Assembly: GCF_037042905.1 (NCBI RefSeq) | Contig: NC_087249.1 | Span: 6,946,001-7,010,000 of the forward strand | Reading direction: 5' to 3' | DNA length: 64,000 nucleotides | DNA from: Lytechinus pictus | Taxonomy: Eukaryota | In this document: positions 1 through 12,963 of the stretch, in pieces | Layout of the letters: the number at the start of each line of letters is the position of its first letter | How positions within the stretch are numbered: the first letter of the stretch is position 1 | The notes under the pieces: model-generated | What the model saw: only the letters and a program-made list of their open reading frames with translations | Told to the model about the DNA's origin: nothing | The model's database searches: none | Program-made: the position numbers and the translations under genes

Positions 1-729
1 CCTACTTTTTTACCATTTACACCGTGGGAAAATAAACTAGATGTTATGGCGTGCCCCTTTGGGCCAGCTGCATGTGGAAATTACAATAGTGATTCCGAAA
101 TCCATGGTGCAAGCTTTGAAATTCCAATTCATCTCTGAATATCAAATAGTACCACAAAGCACAATCTAGATTACTTCAATTAAACAATAATCATAACCGC
201 AAAATCTGGCTGATATTAAGTAAAGGATAACTCAAACTCCAGGTAACTTTATTCATATTCTTCAAAGGAACTAAAGTAATATGAATTGAGGGAAAGGATA
301 TAACAGTCATCACAAAAACAAAATTGATTGCAGCATCCATTTTACAACCGAATTATATAACTGTTAATATAGCTATTGAAAATAAGGGATGGGCGCATAC
401 GCCTCAAAGCACCCCTCCCCCATTTAGATGAATAGTGTTATTCCACTAATATAAAATGGGGACTTTCAACATTCTCTTTGGACTTAAAAAGCATAAAATT
501 GAAGGTGCTTTTTTTTCTTTGAATTTTGAAAAGGATTCACTTTTGAAATTGGCACTAACCAACACCCAAACACCACCAATGGGATGCCGCTTAACAACTC
601 GTTTAGTACCTGCATCATGTCATTGTTCCCATGTTGTGACACACCTGCTTGTTCTCGAAGGAAGGAAGACGCTCGCTATTGCTTACGACCTGGTCATCAG
701 ATATGTTGATAACCTTTAAAATATGAACA

Positions 730-1095
730 TGCTTTATTAAATTATGTTAAAAGAGGGCTGGATAAATTTTGCTCCTAATGACTGTGTGAATTGACATTTT
801 CAGTTTGCGAGTATAAGATCCCGTCGAAACCAGGAACGAGATGTATTTGCTTTATCTTGCAAAGATACTACCGTAAACCTCCGCACCAAGAGAGCACATG
901 ACCAAGTTTGGTCAAAATACTGGAATGATTTGCCACTTATAATGAGACAGTCTCCATCACTAGCAATGTTCAGAAAGGCATTAAAATTGAAAACCATCTC
1001 TTCTTTGGTTTGCAGTTTTAACATTATATTAATTCCTTTTTAATGATTTCATTGTAAGCGCTTTGGGCTTTATTGGAAAAGCGCAACATAAGTAA
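730..1095 (+). mobile_element. Degenerate CR1/L2 LINE 3' end
   Basis: KYWNDLPLIMRQSPSLAMFRKALK and a gtaagcgctttgg..aaagcgc tail. Confidence 0.6.
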
Positions 1096-1939
1096 TCACT
1101 ACTACTTCCAGCTGCTGCTACTATTAGTTAGCCTCATTAATGTGCAGTTTCTAACACTTTCCTTAGGTGGAAGCCACAATTATAGTAGGCATCTATGAGT
1201 TGAAAATTATACTCAACCGACTTGACCCGTAGATCCACTAATGGCATGTTTCTGGCCTGACAAAACTTCTGAAACAAGAGTTAAGTGTCACTGGATGGTC
1301 CTTGGCACTGCGAACATCCTGGTGAGATTCTTGGTATGACTTTGACTTGGGTGAAACGAAATATCTTTAAAACCTTTTACATGCCATAATGTGTTAGCTG
1401 CTTACGAAGACGAAGAATACTCCACAGGGAGTGGAAAGAGTGCATGTATTGTGTGGGAGTAAACCAGAATCAGCTGACCGGGGTAAGTCGAATACTAGTA
1501 TCTGGTGGAACAGTGGATATGGAATATTCTTCAAGAAGTTTGCAAGCACTCTATATAGGTTGCCATTTTCAAGAAGAAAAAAAAACATGGAAAGGAAGCG
1601 AGTTTCATCGGAAATGAATCGTAGAGTAGTAAAGGATGATACCAGGTCCCAATACTCCAGAATGATGATGACAAAGCCGCCATTGCGGTGTTTCACTTGG
1701 GAAGTTTCTGGAGCGTCGGAAGTGCCCTGTCAACACAATGCCCAAAACCAGAAGTGGACGGGAAGAACCTTGGTATTGCGTACATCCTGGTCACATAAAG
1801 GAGGAGGGAACCGGAGTTGATAACCTTTCTGATATCGGAGAGAATCTCAGATTCATCAAACATTACCGGAAGATGATCAGTGAACATGCACAAGGTCAAG
1901 ATCCAGTACAGGGCGAACATCATTTTATGACGCAGGCAT

Positions 1940-2766
1940 GCAGGGCCCTGGGAACGATATTTTTACTGGGAGTGCTGATGAAAATTTGACAAATAAAAAA
2001 AAAAGGGGGGGGGGGGTCACTACACAATGAAGGTCATCTTTTCCCCCAGAAATTTGACAAGGAATAAAAAGGATTTCACCACTACAAAATGAAGGTCATT
2101 TTGTTCCCGAGAAATTTGACAAGCAAAAGAAAAAAAAAACACACACACACAAAACAAAACAAGGAGTTGCACTACAAAATGAAGGTCAATTTGGTCCAGA
2201 GAAATTTGACAGGCAAAAAAAAGGAGGGGGACTTAATTTCTAAATAATGGTCATTTTGGTTACATTTCTCAATTTTTTAACACCTACCGAAAATTCCAGG
2301 GGGTGCTGCCTGTGGTGAATAATACAGGCATGCATCACCCCCCCCCCGCTTCCCACGGCGATGTAGGCATGCAAAATGTATTATTCGAGGGAGTTGCCAA
2401 AAGAAAACGTTCACTTTTATAAAAAGAGGTGCTGATTAGAACTATGGGCCTGGGAAGCGGGGGTGCTGCGTGTAGTATTCACCATTGGTAGCACCCCCTG
2501 GAAATCTGATTTGAAGTATGCTAAATAGCAGAAAATTCATCCAAAATCACCTTGATTTTGTATCGAAATCTTTTTCTTTTTAGTTTGCTTGTCATTTTTT
2601 TCTGGACCAAAATCGCCTTCATTTTTTAGCGAAACTTTTTTTTTTTTTTTTGGAGGGGGGTTTGTCAAATCTCTCGTAACGAAAACGATTTCATTTTGTA
2701 GTGAAAACCCCCTTTTTTGCTTGTCAAATTTAAACCAGCAACCCCTGTTCGTCCCCCAGGGCCCTG
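1940..2766. mobile_element. Two adjacent related MITE copies (gggccctgggaa termini) with about 70-bp internal repeats
   Basis: cactacaaaatgaaggtca..aaatttgacaa repeated three times; related copy at about 50130-50390. Confidence 0.55.
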
Positions 2767-5700
2767 AGTTGACCCTTTCTATATCCCGTATTTAGAACTT
2801 GTTAAGGTTCTTTAAACAAGATCGAGGAAATGTGTTCGAAATAGTCCTTTAGAAGTGTTTTTGGTTCTACAAAGAATCGTTAAAGGATTCATAAAGAACC
2901 CTTTGCATGATGCTTCCCACCATCAAGAACGAATCACTGTTTCGAACCCCTTTTTGCTTACTTGAAGAACCTTAAAAGGTTCCAAATGCGGGATAAAGAA
3001 AGGTTCTAACATTTCTAAAACAGACAATGTTTTCCCCAGTATTTGCATCATGTTGATATTTTTTATTCACACTCTACATCAAGACAAACCCTTATACACC
3101 TTGGTAATTCACTTTACAACATTAATAAATTAGAACACAGAAGTGGTATGTATAAAACATCTTCAGCCATTTTACTGGACAGTGCTGGCCGGAGCAAACT
3201 ACAGAATGGCCAGGTTTTAGACAACAGGTTCTGTCAAGAAAAACAACAATGATTACAAACTAATAATTACCAATTGCTTTTTAGCTCAGGACTGCATGAA
3301 TCATGGGTTTGATCCAAACAAATACAGATGACAGTATATCCATGAATAAAAACAAATATGATGAAATCACATCAGTTAGATTATTTACATTCAATAAGGA
3401 GGGATGAAGGTTTAGAGATTAGCTAAAAGTATAGTGCTAAAACTGTTGATTGTCGTATTTTAACATCCACTTCGCAGACGCTTTCTACAACGTTTAGAAT
3501 CTATTGAAAATGCCCGTCAAATCACAATGGACAGATTAGAGGTCATTGTCGAGAGTTGATGGACCGGGACAGCACATTGTCTTAAGATTCGGACCGGATG
3601 AAAAATTGCAAATATGTCGTTTGTCCAGAATCCAAGAAGACACCGCTTTTTTTATTCACCGATTTTCTACAAAGACTTCTTTGTCATGAAAGAACTTTTG
3701 ACAATAGATTCTCTACTTTCCAGAAAAAAATCTGCTTAGTAGTGTTTGCGAAAACTCCCTTTTTGTGACAGATGATGTGAACGTTGATCACACACAAGCG
3801 AGAGCTCTGCTCCCGGTGAACTCATTAACACCGTCCATTGATACCAAGATTAAATCCCGATTAAAAGGATACCGGAAAAGGTCAAATACACTGGCCTCAA
3901 ACTACGGCTTTGACCCATGAGTCAAAGCTATTTAGCCCAAATCAAAAGATTATTAATTGAGCTATAAGCATGGGACCCCACCCCCCCCCCTTGGTCCGAG
4001 CATCCATGCATTCCGGTTTAAGATGCCTTGTAAATTTTGTTTCTACCTGAAAATGTATTTTAAAATAAGACTTTGTTTTTGCCTGTATATTCATATAATC
4101 ACCCCGACATTTATCATGTATATCATGAGTGAATAATTCTAATGGTTGCTGTGCAAAATTCAACATTTTCCTGGGAAACACCCTCGCATTTCACAGTAAT
4201 CAATAATTTTTTCTTTTTATTCCAACCATTCTTGTTTCATTTATGTATGCCAGACTGTATTTCGTTCGTTTAGAACTGATAACCTGGGCATATTATTGTA
4301 TTTGATTCCCTTTTTTACGAATAAAAGGTGATTGATAAAAAAAATATATACATGATTCATTATACGTATTTTTTTTAATGAATGAACTGAAACGATCAGT
4401 CAATCACTCGATAAATGCTCGTTTTTGACAAAAAGACTGTTTTACACTCATTGTTGCCATGGCAATATGATTCAAATCGAACATATGTTGTTAAGTTGTC
4501 AGCATGTATTTTGAGAAACAATGATATAGAGCTATCATCCCAGATCGCAGATTATTCATTGCCAAACGGAATGCGAAACAGAAATGTGATTTCATGTTTA
4601 TTCACTCATTTCCTGGGATACCTCCGGCCCCCGGGGACTCGTCTAGATCGTGAGATGATTTAACTTCCATTAGTCCCTCTCAATCTGATAACTCAATCCA
4701 CATGAATCGAAGACGAAGGCCGAAATCAAATGTAACAATTCTATTTGTCCATATTTCTGCTATGACTACAGCGCAAACTGATAACAATTTTATGCTTTCG
4801 ACAGATCCAGATGATAGATTCAAGAGCATTTTCTTAAACTTTTATTGCAGTTACTTAAGATCTCCTTAAGATTGCAGCTACTTAAGATCTCCTTGAGTAA
4901 CTGCTTGATGCTTTTCATATTTAAGATTTCCCAGATTGAGTCGTCCTTTTCTTTTTTTGGCTCAGTCCACGGTATTGATTAAATCCTAAATGTGATTAAT
5001 ATACGAAGATAATAATGCGGACAGTAATGCATTCGATAGAAACAAACCAACCTCGTCTAAGGAACTGTATTCCGAAAGTCAACACATATATATAATTGTA
5101 TCTTTGTTTCATCTGTTACCAAAGACTATAATGTATGTCTACGGATTTGTGTGTCCATGATTGGAAGCAGATCTTATCTGTTTTAAACGAATTATTAGTA
5201 AGAAAATGTTAAAATATGTTTTCGGGTTCTATCTTCTTTATATGTTTTCTGACACCATCTTGCTTTGTACAGTTCAGTTCAGTATGTTTGTTAAAGTACA
5301 GCGTATATTAAAGTTTATTCATTTATTTTGCTTGCAATGTGATGAAATAGCAAGTTATTTAAGCAATATTTTTATTTTCTTGATAATGAATAGAGAGGCC
5401 AATCTCTGTGTCTATCAAGAATCTCACGAGTCGGCCTTCAGCATGAAACGCCCCCCATTTGACATGTTTGACGTTTGATGTACATCTGGATATAATCACA
5501 ATTTTTCGTCCCTTCATATACATCAGAAATTTTCCATTGACCATCGCCCTTTATATCGTATCTCATTTTCCATTTTACATCTGTAAATGTCATATAAATT
5601 TTGTATAGTTGTATCGAACATTGATTTTTTTTTTTACTTTAGATAAGGTAACTAAAGATGAAATCAAATTATTTGTGTCCTCTTATTTCAGATAAAGATT

Positions 5701-7664
5701 CTAAGATTCCGTGCTAAATTTCGGTCGGGTAAGTCGCCAAATTTTATTCAATTTTTTATTGAATTTGTTTTTTCATGTACATGTAATTCCTTTACAATCC
5801 CCTTAAATATCTGCATAGTTTAATTTCAAAGTAGCATTAATGTGTTATTCTCTACCATAGATAAAGTTGAAGAGGGCTGCTACCTTCACTATTTCATGGA
5901 ATATTGACGTTGACATAAATATGAAATATTATGTAAGCCTTTTGGGAATCTGGAATATATTAAGAAAAGCCATTTCAACCTCCAGACAACCGGTCATCAG
6001 TCCTCATGACTCCCAGGTCCCCGTTAATAAAAAGAGAAAGGAATTAATCATCATAAAAATATACAAATACAAACAGTATACTTTCAACGTGATCATGGTC
6101 ATTTTCATTGGTTGCAATTTCCACGCTATCCTTAATTTCAATAAGCTGTTGAGCGCTGTTAGTTTTTGTTCAGAGGAAATTAGAAAGGTTAACGTGGGAA
6201 GGAAAGCCATGGGAAGGATAAAGAAAATAGTAAATTTACACACACACACACACACACACACCCTCACTCGAAATCGAAATCCAAGGCAAATCCAGACAGA
6301 TGTCGCTGTAATTGTCTTTTATTCGAAATGATGACCTCCATGAATTTTTGTTTTAAATGAACGCATGGTTTTTCTTTAACTCCAGGTAATCATGGTAATG
6401 CATTAGTAAAAATATGTCCAATAAGATGAACGCAAGGGAGCAAGCGACCGAGCTGATGACAGGAAGCTATATTTGTCACCTTTGAATCTTTAATTGGTTT
6501 TCTTTTATTGAAAATTTGTGATGATGTAAATGTGTTATGAAAAATATTGGAAGCGCATGTTGGACAGGGACTTCCACCCACTTGATACCACTGTCCACTT
6601 TATCAAAACTTTATCTTCTACTCATCCCACGCAGGCGCGATTTCATATTAATCAATTGGCGTTGTGTTTTATACAATTTTCGCAGGCTCGTATCTTACTA
6701 CTGCGGTTAGTTACAGTGAATGATGTTTAATCATCACCATTCTACTATTGTCTTTATAAAAGAAAAAAACTCCACGTGAATTACTAAATGGGAAATGTTC
6801 CATGACAACACCAATCTAATTACCAATCAAGGATAATTTCCTTTTGTAAGTGGCAAAGAAAAGGGGTGAAAAGGAAAGAGAATTACGCCTTTTTGGTGTA
6901 ATCAAATTAACCTATTACATAACATTATTATCTAATTCTCACACATTTCCTGCTCTTTTGTTTCTGCCAGATTTCATGAAAGTTAACCTGCTTTGTGACA
7001 GGTGTAGACAAAGTACACGAGGGTAGAACAGTGCTTTTGAATATGCTTTACAAGAGAGTGTAGCGAGAGAGCAAAATATACATTAATTTTTTTTTAAAGT
7101 TGATTAATTTCATCATAGTTTGTCATAAGTAAAAGATCAAAAGTCGATGAGGTCAGATATTTAACTTTAGTGAAAGTATCATATCGAAAAATCAGTTTCA
7201 CATGATTTTTCCTTTTGGTACTCTTTTGTGATATTTTCATGAACCACAAGAAACCTCCGTCAAGTGAGAGGGGAAAGGAAAGAAGAGTGAAATGGGGGGG
7301 GGGGGTTGCAGATAGAGAGCACTGGCGTACAAATGGGGGTGCGCCTTGGGGCTATTGCCCTTCCCCCCCAAAAAAAAAAATAGATAAATGAATAAAATAA
7401 AAATAAAAATTATGAAATAAAATAGAATAATAATAATAACAAATCGCGACCAAGAAAAAAAAGAGAAAGAGAGAAGGGTGAAATATGATATCATTTACTG
7501 AATGATGTCAAAATCTTTCACAAAATTGGATTTTTGAAATAGAAATGTCAAATTTTTTGCTCGTTCACTTTGCTTGCAAATTTTTTATTAATTTCTATGT
7601 CCAGCCCCCTAATTTTTTGGCTCGTTACGCCACTAACAGAGAGTGACAAACGGATGCAGAAAAA

Positions 7665-7750
7665 GACAGGCAGGCAGGCAGACAGACAGACAGACAGACT
7701 GAGACAGACATACATGCTAACAGAATCCGACAGAAGACAGAAAGACAGGG
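7665..7750. repeat. (CAGA/CAGG)n imperfect microsatellite
   Basis: Direct reading. Confidence 0.85.
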
Positions 7751-8450
7751 GGTGAGAGACAGGGATATGAAAGCATTGCAAAAGAAAATGAAGTTGAATA
7801 GAAATTGACCGATGTGAGTCAAACATTTAGCCTTGTCATATATATATTGATTTATATATGAAATTTAAGATTGGGGATAAACCTTTATTAGTTGCAGCTT
7901 ATTTCGAAAATTAATAGTAATGAGGAGTAATTAATCTAATTCAGAAATATTTATCCCAATTCATATATATGTGATTATTCCCGAAACCTGCTAGGAAAAG
8001 GGAAAAATTCAAAATAGTACAGAAAATGACGTCATGTTTTATTGTTTGGTTGATGTGGTAGTCATGGCAGCAGCTCTCCATAACACAGGAAAAGTTTGAA
8101 GAAGAGGGCGCTATATAAGTCACGGCTTCGAGGCAATTGATTATCCTTTGTTACCATCAATTCCGAATTATCCAAAATTCCTCATATCATTATTTATCAT
8201 ATTGATTTCGCAAAACTAAGCCGACATACTGTATGTATGCGAGATCATGCGGAAATTATTTCCAAGGGAAAAGATTCCTCAATAGTTCAATTCATATTCT
8301 ATTTCGAGTTTCAAGATTATTAGAGTATCCCAAAGGGAGCCCCCTGTCTACCGGAGATACATGACGATGTATTGAATGTTTCGTAAGAAGGGGTAGGATC
8401 CGGTATACCGGTATACCTGTAAGATACAACGATCTCAAATTTTATTTCGA

Positions 8451-8540
8451 AAGATGAAGAAGAAGAAGAAGAAGATGAAGAAGAAGAATATGAAGAAGAA
8501 GATGAAGAAGAAGAATATGAAGAAGAAGAAGATAAGAAGA
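8451..8540. repeat. (GAA)n microsatellite
   Basis: Direct reading. Confidence 0.95.
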
Positions 8541-8942
8541 CAACATGGAAAAAAATATTTCAAAAAAAGGGAGAGTAAAGATTTTAAGGGAAAAAAAGAA
8601 AGGTTAAAGATAGTAGGAAAGAATAAACAATTATTTTAACGAGTTGGCGGTAAAAGTCAAATATGACTGGTCGCTATTATCATCAACAAATAACAACAAC
8701 ATCAAACTTTTTTTCATGATTGTGACGAGTTGGCGCGACTGGTCGCCATTATCAATAACAAACAACATCATCAAAGTTTTTATTGTTAACAATCAGCCCA
8801 TGCCTATGTAATGTATGATGTTCATATGATACATAGATATAACATGAACATTTTTCCTCTTGAGTATCATTATAATTCCATTACCTTCAAAAAGTTCAAG
8901 AAATGCCACATTATTATTCTATACTCTCTCAAATCGACTTAA

Positions 8943-9542
8943 AGGGATGGTTCAGGCTAGGCTGGATATATCTATATCTCAATAAATAGAGTAAAATTCA
9001 CAAAGCAAAGTGCTGAAAATTTTATCAAAATCGGATGACAAATAACGAAGTTATTGAATTTTAATGATTTGCATTACTCCGGTGAAACAGTTCTAGCCAT
9101 GTCTTCATGAATATCCATTAGGTGGGCTGATGATGTCATATCCCCACTTGTTCTTCTGCATTTTATTATATGAAATTAGGTTTAATCAAAAATTTTCTAC
9201 CAAGAACTTAAACAATAGGATTGACAACTGATTAAGTGCATTAGTTATTTATTGCCGCAACTGATTTCATCATAATGGACACACATCATTTACACATGTA
9301 AGAAAAAAAATAATTATGATTTCATGTAAAAACATAAAAAAGGGAAAGTGGGGATATGACATCATCAGCCCACCTAATGAATATTCATGACGAATATAAC
9401 TGTTTTCACAAAATATTGATAAACTTTAGAATTCAATAACTTTGTTATTTGTTATCCGATTTTGATGAAATTTTCAGCATTTTGCTCTGTGAATTTTACT
9501 ATATTTATTTAGAAATAAATATTTTCAGCCCGGACCATCCCT
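8943..9542. mobile_element. Kolobok-like MITE with long imperfect palindromic arms
   Basis: TTAA|agggatgg..ccatccct|TTAA; about 200-bp subterminal inverted similarity. Confidence 0.8.
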
Positions 9543-10373
9543 TTAATATTGAGGGCGATTTAAAAGGTATGAGGTCCCATTCCCCTGCCCGCACCCCCAT
9601 CCCCTTCTATTTGTGCGTATGTATATTATTTTGTATCCTGTCTATATATGTCTATACTTTGATTCCGTTAATTGATGCATTCATTAGAATTGTGGTGTTT
9701 GAAGTTAATAATGATTTTAATATCATTTGACCGAATAACACAATAAATATATTTTTTGATTAATAAAGCAGACTGTTATTGACATATTGACCATTTTAAC
9801 TAAAAACAAATCAATTCAATACGTAAGGAATGCATTTAAAGAGAGAGAGAGAAACAATTGAGAAGAGAGTGTGGAAATAAAGTCAGTTTACAATAGATCG
9901 TGGGCATGAGGCCTTTTTAGAGTTGGACCAAATAAATGAAATATATATATATATATAAACATGATAAACCTACTACATTGTAGTGAATCGTGACTTTGGC
10001 CAATTTAAGTTCAACCGGTCCTAAACATGGTGCACATTTGATTAATATTTGATTGCCAGGAAAAGCAAGATATGCCATATTCGCCAGGGTGCTCAAAATC
10101 TACTACCAACCGTCCTGCTTTGTAATACAAGATGGCGCTATCTACTGTTCTCTCTTTATAAAGAGGAATTTTGTCATTCCACCAGGCGCGCTTCTTGACT
10201 AAATTTGAGGGGGGGGGGGGGTGGGGTCTTGGGATCGTAAGAAACTATTTACGTTGGTCATTCCAATATAAGGGAAAATTCCATATCGTGGGCAGCATAA
10301 TGAACAAGCTGTGCTTTCCAGTGGGTTCCCGTTTCTTGTTCATTTCTGTATATATAGGCCTATTATATTTGTG

Positions 10374-12281
10374 GGTTTACTGACGGTTAGTCTAACATCA
10401 CTTGGTCTAATCATCAGATGGGCTAACAGCATGTGGGCTAAACCCACTTAGTCCAATTCCTTTTGGGTCTAATGACCACTTGGTCTAATAGCCAATTTGT
10501 CTAATGACCACTTGGTCTAATAGCCAATTGGTCTAATGCCCACTTCGGCTAATTTCCACTTGGTCTAATTTCCAGATAGTCTAACATTCATTTCTACATG
10601 CCACTTGGTCTAATTTGTAAAGTTTGGTGACATGTTTTCAAATTTCTGGTGAAATTTGTTAAGTTTGAAGCCACGCGCCGGCTTCAAATCTTCACACGCG
10701 CGCCCCTTGATATTGGAGTGCAGTTAGAGTGACGTACGGTATATTTAATTCCATCCTCAAATTATGAAAATTTTGGGATTTTCAAAAGCCTTTGGGGGAA
10801 AATAAAGTTTGGGGATTAAACAAATTTGGGGGATTATTTGTATATTTAATGGGACTTTTGAAGGTTTTGGTGAAAAACAATAAAAATGGCTATTTCTGTA
10901 AAATAACGTTGATAAACGATCATAGAGGTGAAAAATATATACAACAAAATATAACAGTGTCTGACTGACTATCGTGCTTTCGACTTATGGGCCGAACAAG
11001 ATTCCCTGATTTTGCCCTCGATCATTTAAGGCTATTTCCCCTGATTTGAGGTAATTCCCTGATTTTTCCATGAATGGTAAAAAATCCCTTATTTCTATGA
11101 TAAGCCTGATGGGCTACGAACCCTGCCAATCCATTTTAAGGAGGAGGCGAAGAAGTAGAACAAAAAACAGAATGTGAAGATATATAAGATTAATGACTAC
11201 TGTGGTGATAACTGATAAAGGTCTGCAAGCGTAGATATACTATGTTATTACACGTCAGAATGAGTCATGGCTGCTACCAAGATGGTCGCCGTGATGTTGT
11301 CGCAGCTAACACAATAAACCTGTATAGTGTTATCAAACTGTATCTAGCTGGTCTGTTATTTGCCTCCAAATTTACTATTGAAATAACTAAACACAATATT
11401 CATAACAAAATTACATGATCTAGTGGCTTTACTTTTGGAATCCCCCAAACTGCATAACTATTGCTTATTTTCCATCAAGTTCAAGTATTATCCGTAATGG
11501 TGCATAACAATGATTTGAAAGAGGCATAAACATGTTTAATACCAGATACGTATCCACACAATTTGTCCTTTCTTCATAATGTTATTCTGATGAAACCCTG
11601 CCATTCAACCATTATAAGCTACAAGGTCCCCAACTTATTGTTCTGTAAATGTGCATGTAATGATGTAATGATGAGTATGATATAGTTTTAACCATCATAT
11701 ATATTATCGATATATAGGCCTAATTATAAGAATTATATTTGATTAGAATAATTCATTTGATGAGCAACTATAGTCCTTCAGGGTGAGGTTTTGCGCCCAC
11801 CAGCCCTACGTACCCTGGCTCTACCCCTCCGGATCCTGGCGACATGTATTAACTGATGCATTATATTTATCCGTTACGTACCATATTTGTTAATTCTAGA
11901 TCAAATAAATAATAATGAATTATGTTATATTAGAATAAATGGACATTAGACCAAGTGTGAATTAGACCAAATCAAAATTAGACCAAGTGACGATTAGCCC
12001 AAATGGGCATTAGACCAATTTGCGATTAGACCAAGTGGTCATTAGACCATTTGGCTATTAGACCAAGTGGTCATTAGACGAATTGGATATTGTACCAAGT
12101 GGGAATTAGACGAATTCAATTTTAGACCAAGTGAGAATTAGCCCAACTGGTTATTAGCCCAAATGGAAATTAGACGAATTGGATATTAGCCGAAATGTTT
12201 GTAGACGAAATGAGTTTAGACTGTGAAGTAGGACGAACTATTAAGTAGACCAAGTGGTATTAGACCATCCGATAATTCACC
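10374..12281. mobile_element. Foldback (TU-like) non-autonomous DNA transposon with inverted 16-bp tandem arrays
   Basis: Left array of tgaccacttggtctaa-like units (about 10387-10612), right array of the reverse complement (about 11946-12268); GG..CC termini; perfect 8-bp TSD tatttgtg (10366-10373, 12282-12289). Confidence 0.85.
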
Positions 12282-12701
12282 TATTTGTGTTGCTTAACAA
12301 TGTCATGATTGTAGATTGTTGTTGTATTTGAAATTAAAAAGATTAAATGCACTAAATCAGTCACTCAATAATATTGGATGTTGGGAACTGCACTGTGGCG
12401 GTAAAATCAGCCCCTCCCTCCCCGCGAGCCCACGCCCGGCGAAAATATTAGTTTGAATTATTATGCGCCCGAGCGTAGAGACCGACTGAGAAAAAATCAC
12501 TCACTCAAACCGCTTGTAAATGTATTTCAGAACCATTTCATCTCCATGTATAGCACCCATCAGATCAAGGCATTTCGTTTCACATAGCAATCATGATGAT
12601 CGTTTTGATCGAATAAAAAAATTTGAACGGTTCCAAAATTTTCGGGATCAATTACCATGGTTACGAAAAGCAAATTGTGGCGTTCGTGAAGGATCACACG
12701 A

Positions 12702-12963
12702 CATCCACTTCGCAGACGCTTTTTGAACGTTGATAATCTATTGAAAATGGCGGTAATTACGATTGACAGATTAGAGGTCATTGTCGAAAGTTGGCTGACC
12801 GGGACAGCACATCGTCTTAAGATTCGGACCGGACGAAATTTTGCATATATGTCGTTTGTCCAGAATCTATAGAAGACACCGCTGTTTTGATTCATCGATT
12901 TCGACAAAGGCTGCTTTTGACAAAAGATATCAGCGTTATAGAAAGCGTCTGCAAAGTCGGATT
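12702..12963. mobile_element. MITE; truncated second copy at about 3463-3710
   Basis: TIRs atccacttcgcagacgcttt / aaagcgtctgcaaagtcggat; about 220 bp shared with 3463-3690. Confidence 0.65.

Noticed and set aside
8325..8430. Possible Deu/Nin-type SINE domain fragment
   Set aside because: Weak resemblance only, with no tRNA head or boundaries visible
8454..8639. Poly-Lys ORF; likewise the His/Ile/Met-rich ORFs at 51919-52326
   Set aside because: These are translations of microsatellites
10387..12268. Regularly spaced short repeats as a CRISPR array
   Set aside because: The units are contiguous 16-mers without unique spacers, arranged as inverted arms with a TSD, in eukaryotic DNA with no cas genes
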